From a virus (taxonomy: Duplodnaviria; Caudoviricetes), in the IMG/VR virus record IMGVR_UViG_3300025103_000066, positions 1-37,198 of that record: a DNA stretch of 37,198 nt. One strand, given 5' to 3'. Shown one piece after another: positions 35,132 through 37,198 of the stretch; position 1 is the stretch's first letter, and the number at the start of each line of letters is the position of its first letter. A program made the position numbers and the translations under genes. The notes under the pieces were generated by a model. That model was not told the origin of the DNA. It searched no databases and was given only the letters and a program-made list of their open reading frames with translations.

Positions 35132-36220
35132 ATGACTAAAGAAAACCAAGAAGTAATTTTATACAAAGAAGAAGAAGCAACAGCTTTAAAACTTTATAGG
35201 AATGATGGGCTAGATCCTTTTATTGAAAATATCAGAAAGGTTGCAAAAGAATTTGAAGCTGATGTAACAACTGAAAAAGGAAGGAAGGCTTATAAGTCTT
35301 TAGCCTATAAAATCAGCCAAGCAAAAACAAAGGTTGAAGAAATCCGAAAATCTGAAAATGAAGAACATCAAGCAGCTATTACAGCTAATAATAAGAAAGG
35401 CAAAAAAGCCGTTGCAGATTTACAAGCTATTCAAGACGAAGTTAAGAAGCCTGTTACTGAATGGGAAAACCGCATCGCAGAACATCAGGCTTCAATAGCA
35501 AACATTGAAAAACTTGCTGCTGTGGCTGCTTATGAATGGGAATCAATGCCTGTTGATCAAATGCAAAAATTAGTTACTGATATAAGCAACGAAAAAAGGG
35601 AATGGCATGAATTTTCTTTTAAGGCTGAAAATGTAAAAAAACAAACTATAGAATCAATTGAAGCCACGATTGCTAAACGCAAAAAGCATGATGATGATAA
35701 GGCTGAACTTTTAAGGCTGCAAAAAGCTGAAGAAGAACGCAAACAAAAAGAACGTGATGAAGCCATTGCAAGGGAAGCTGAAGAACGTGCAAAAAAAGAA
35801 GCTGAAGAACGTGAATTAAAATTAAAACAAGAAAAAGAGCGTATAGAGAATGAAAAACTTGAAGCTGAAGCGAAGGCAAAAAGGGCTGAAACTGCTAGAA
35901 TTGCAGCAGAAGCACAAGCAAAAGAAGATGCAAAAGTTGCTGAAGCAAATAGAATTGCAGCAGAAAAACAGGCTGAAATTAACAAGCAAGAGGCGATTAA
36001 AGAAGCAGCAAGGGCTGAACGCTTACGAGTCGAGAAAGAAGCAAAGGCAAAAGCTGACGAATTAGCAAAACGCAAGGCAGATGAAGAACATAAGAAAAAA
36101 ATAATCTTAGAAGCTGAAAATGCCCTTGTGCATATAGAAGGCTTTTCACAAAGATTATCTTCATCAGTGATAAGAGCAATCATTGAAGGTAAAATTCCAC
36201 ACGTAACTTTTAATTATTAG
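35132..36220 (+). CDS. Conserved phage long coiled-coil protein (often mislabelled TolA-like)
   Basis: DVTTEKGRKAYKSLAYKISQAK N-terminus, E/K/A/R-rich helix, terminal GKIPHVTFNY. Confidence 0.8.
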   Translation: MTKENQEVILYKEEEATALKLYRNDGLDPFIENIRKVAKEFEADVTTEKGRKAYKSLAYKISQAKTKVEEIRKSENEEHQAAITANNKKGKKAVADLQAIQDEVKKPVTEWENRIAEHQASIANIEKLAAVAAYEWESMPVDQMQKLVTDISNEKREWHEFSFKAENVKKQTIESIEATIAKRKKHDDDKAELLRLQKAEEERKQKERDEAIAREAEERAKKEAEERELKLKQEKERIENEKLEAEAKAKRAETARIAAEAQAKEDAKVAEANRIAAEKQAEINKQEAIKEAARAERLRVEKEAKAKADELAKRKADEEHKKKIILEAENALVHIEGFSQRLSSSVIRAIIEGKIPHVTFNY

Positions 36221-36228
36221 GTTAAGCG

Positions 36229-36696
36229 ATGAATATTGATAAATTTAAAACCTTTTTAAAAATAAGTGGTGCTGAACTTCAGAAAACCATTATGGGGGAA
36301 AGTAATATGCTTATTCACTGTTGCAAGTGCAATCAAAAAGTTGAGGCAAGATTAACTTGTGGTACGGAAATATATCCACATAGATATGATTTAAGGGAAT
36401 TGCCATTTTGGAAGTGCGATACATGCAAGAACTTTGTAGGCTGTCACCACAAAACAAATAACAGAACCCAGCCTTTAGGGTGTATCCCTTGCAAAGAAAT
36501 TAAAAACGCAAGGCAACACATACATAAAATATTAGATCCTCTTTGGCAGTCAAAACGCCACAAAAGGAAAGATATTTATGCCTTACTTAGTGAAAAATTG
36601 GGCTGGAAGTATCACACGGCAAAAATTAGAACCATTGAAGAGGCAAGGGCTATTTATAGTTTAATAAGGAATGAATATTATGCCAAAAAGAGTTGA
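36229..36696 (+). CDS. DUF3268-like zinc-finger protein (probable start 36307)
   Basis: CCKC...IYPHR.DL...FWKCDTCKNFVGCH...PLG...H..LDPLW. Confidence 0.8.
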   Translation: MNIDKFKTFLKISGAELQKTIMGESNMLIHCCKCNQKVEARLTCGTEIYPHRYDLRELPFWKCDTCKNFVGCHHKTNNRTQPLGCIPCKEIKNARQHIHKILDPLWQSKRHKRKDIYALLSEKLGWKYHTAKIRTIEEARAIYSLIRNEYYAKKS

Positions 36697-36910
36697 GATT
36701 ATATGCTTGTGTGGCTGCAAGAGAAAAAAACTAGTTAGGGAAGCTGATGTAAAAAGGGGCTGGGGCAAGTTTTTCTCAAAAAGCTGCAAGGCAGTTCACC
36801 AAGAAAAAAGAACTAACCAGTGTGCTGAATATTATAAACGAAAGAACTACAGAAGGAATATTGAAGATACTTTTCATCCGCATGATACTTATAGCTTAGG
36901 GCAAGAATAG
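36671..36910 (+). CDS. Small zinc-finger-like protein
   Basis: CLCGC...VREADVKRGWGKFFSKSCKA. Confidence 0.7.
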   Translation: MNIMPKRVEIICLCGCKRKKLVREADVKRGWGKFFSKSCKAVHQEKRTNQCAEYYKRKNYRRNIEDTFHPHDTYSLGQE

Positions 36911-36911
36911 A

Positions 36912-37198
36912 ATGGCAAAGAAAAAACCAGAGGCGAAAAAATCAGAACAACAGCCGCTATACTTTGTAAAAATGTAAAGTTTCAGGAATTTTGCTATACT
37001 AAAAAAGGTACTTATGAAGTTGATATGAATAACCCACTACAGAAGAATTAGCAAAGTTTGTTGTATGTGATACATGCAAGATATATTCACGCTCGGAGCT
37101 TGCAACCTCGCAAATTGCACAACAAAAATTCAAATTACTATACAAAGAATATAAGGATTGGCTTAATCCTATAGAAAATCAATATGCAGATATTTTAA
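36912..37198 (+). pseudogene. Gene split over three frames, continuing across the circular junction to a stop at 155-157
   Basis: MAKKKPEAK / IRTTAAILCKNVKFQEFC... / TTEELAKFVVCDTCKIYSRSELATSQIAQQKFKLLYKEYKDWL...SRG; needs two -1 shifts. Confidence 0.6.
37073..37198 (+). repeat. 126-bp terminal direct repeat, copy 2
   Basis: Identical to 21-146. Confidence 0.97.

Larger units (their letters stand above)
1..37198. mobile_element. Near-complete tailed phage genome (Caudoviricetes, siphovirus-like), circularly closed
   Basis: Complete terminase-portal-capsid-tail-lysis module plus replication and recombination genes; 126-bp end overlap; no host housekeeping genes. Confidence 0.95.

Noticed and set aside
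35557-36183. 208-aa - strand ORF
   Set aside because: Antisense shadow of the E/K/A-rich coiled-coil gene (Ser/Phe/Ala-rich artefact).
35132-36220. TolA call for the Ala/Glu/Lys-rich protein
   Set aside because: No N-terminal TM anchor or TolA C-terminal domain; similarity is compositional only.

Overview
This window is an essentially complete, circularly closing ~37.05 kb dsDNA tailed phage genome (siphovirus-type tail). Bases 21-146 are repeated exactly at 37073-37198, and one gene runs across that junction. There are two divergent blocks meeting at a control region around 30360-30640. The + strand early block (30642 to the end, then 1-5430) carries two alphaproteobacterial-type XRE regulators, a PD-(D/E)XK exonuclease, an ERF annealing protein, DUF2303, two orphan DNA methyltransferases and many small ORFs. 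The - strand block (30359 to 5431) carries a Cro-like HTH, a lambda-like initiator with internal iterons and a putative helicase loader, TerS/TerL, a Mu-like head module with a portal-gpF fusion, a non-contractile tail with a -1 frameshift chaperone pair, fibres, an RcGTA-like head-spike pair, an esterase, a non-canonical lysis region and an HNH nuclease. I recognise no integrase, CI-type (S24) repressor, tRNA or CRISPR array. The XRE proteins point to an alphaproteobacterial, possibly Rickettsiales, host. The most notable unexplained signal is a ~80 nt two-hairpin element with its own predicted promoter in the control region. Its loops are antisense to the extended ribosome-binding sites of about eight early genes, making it a candidate multi-target anti-Shine-Dalgarno regulatory sRNA. 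A duplicated, covarying pseudoknot motif sits in front of two of those same targets. All family assignments come from motif recognition by eye; no searches were run.
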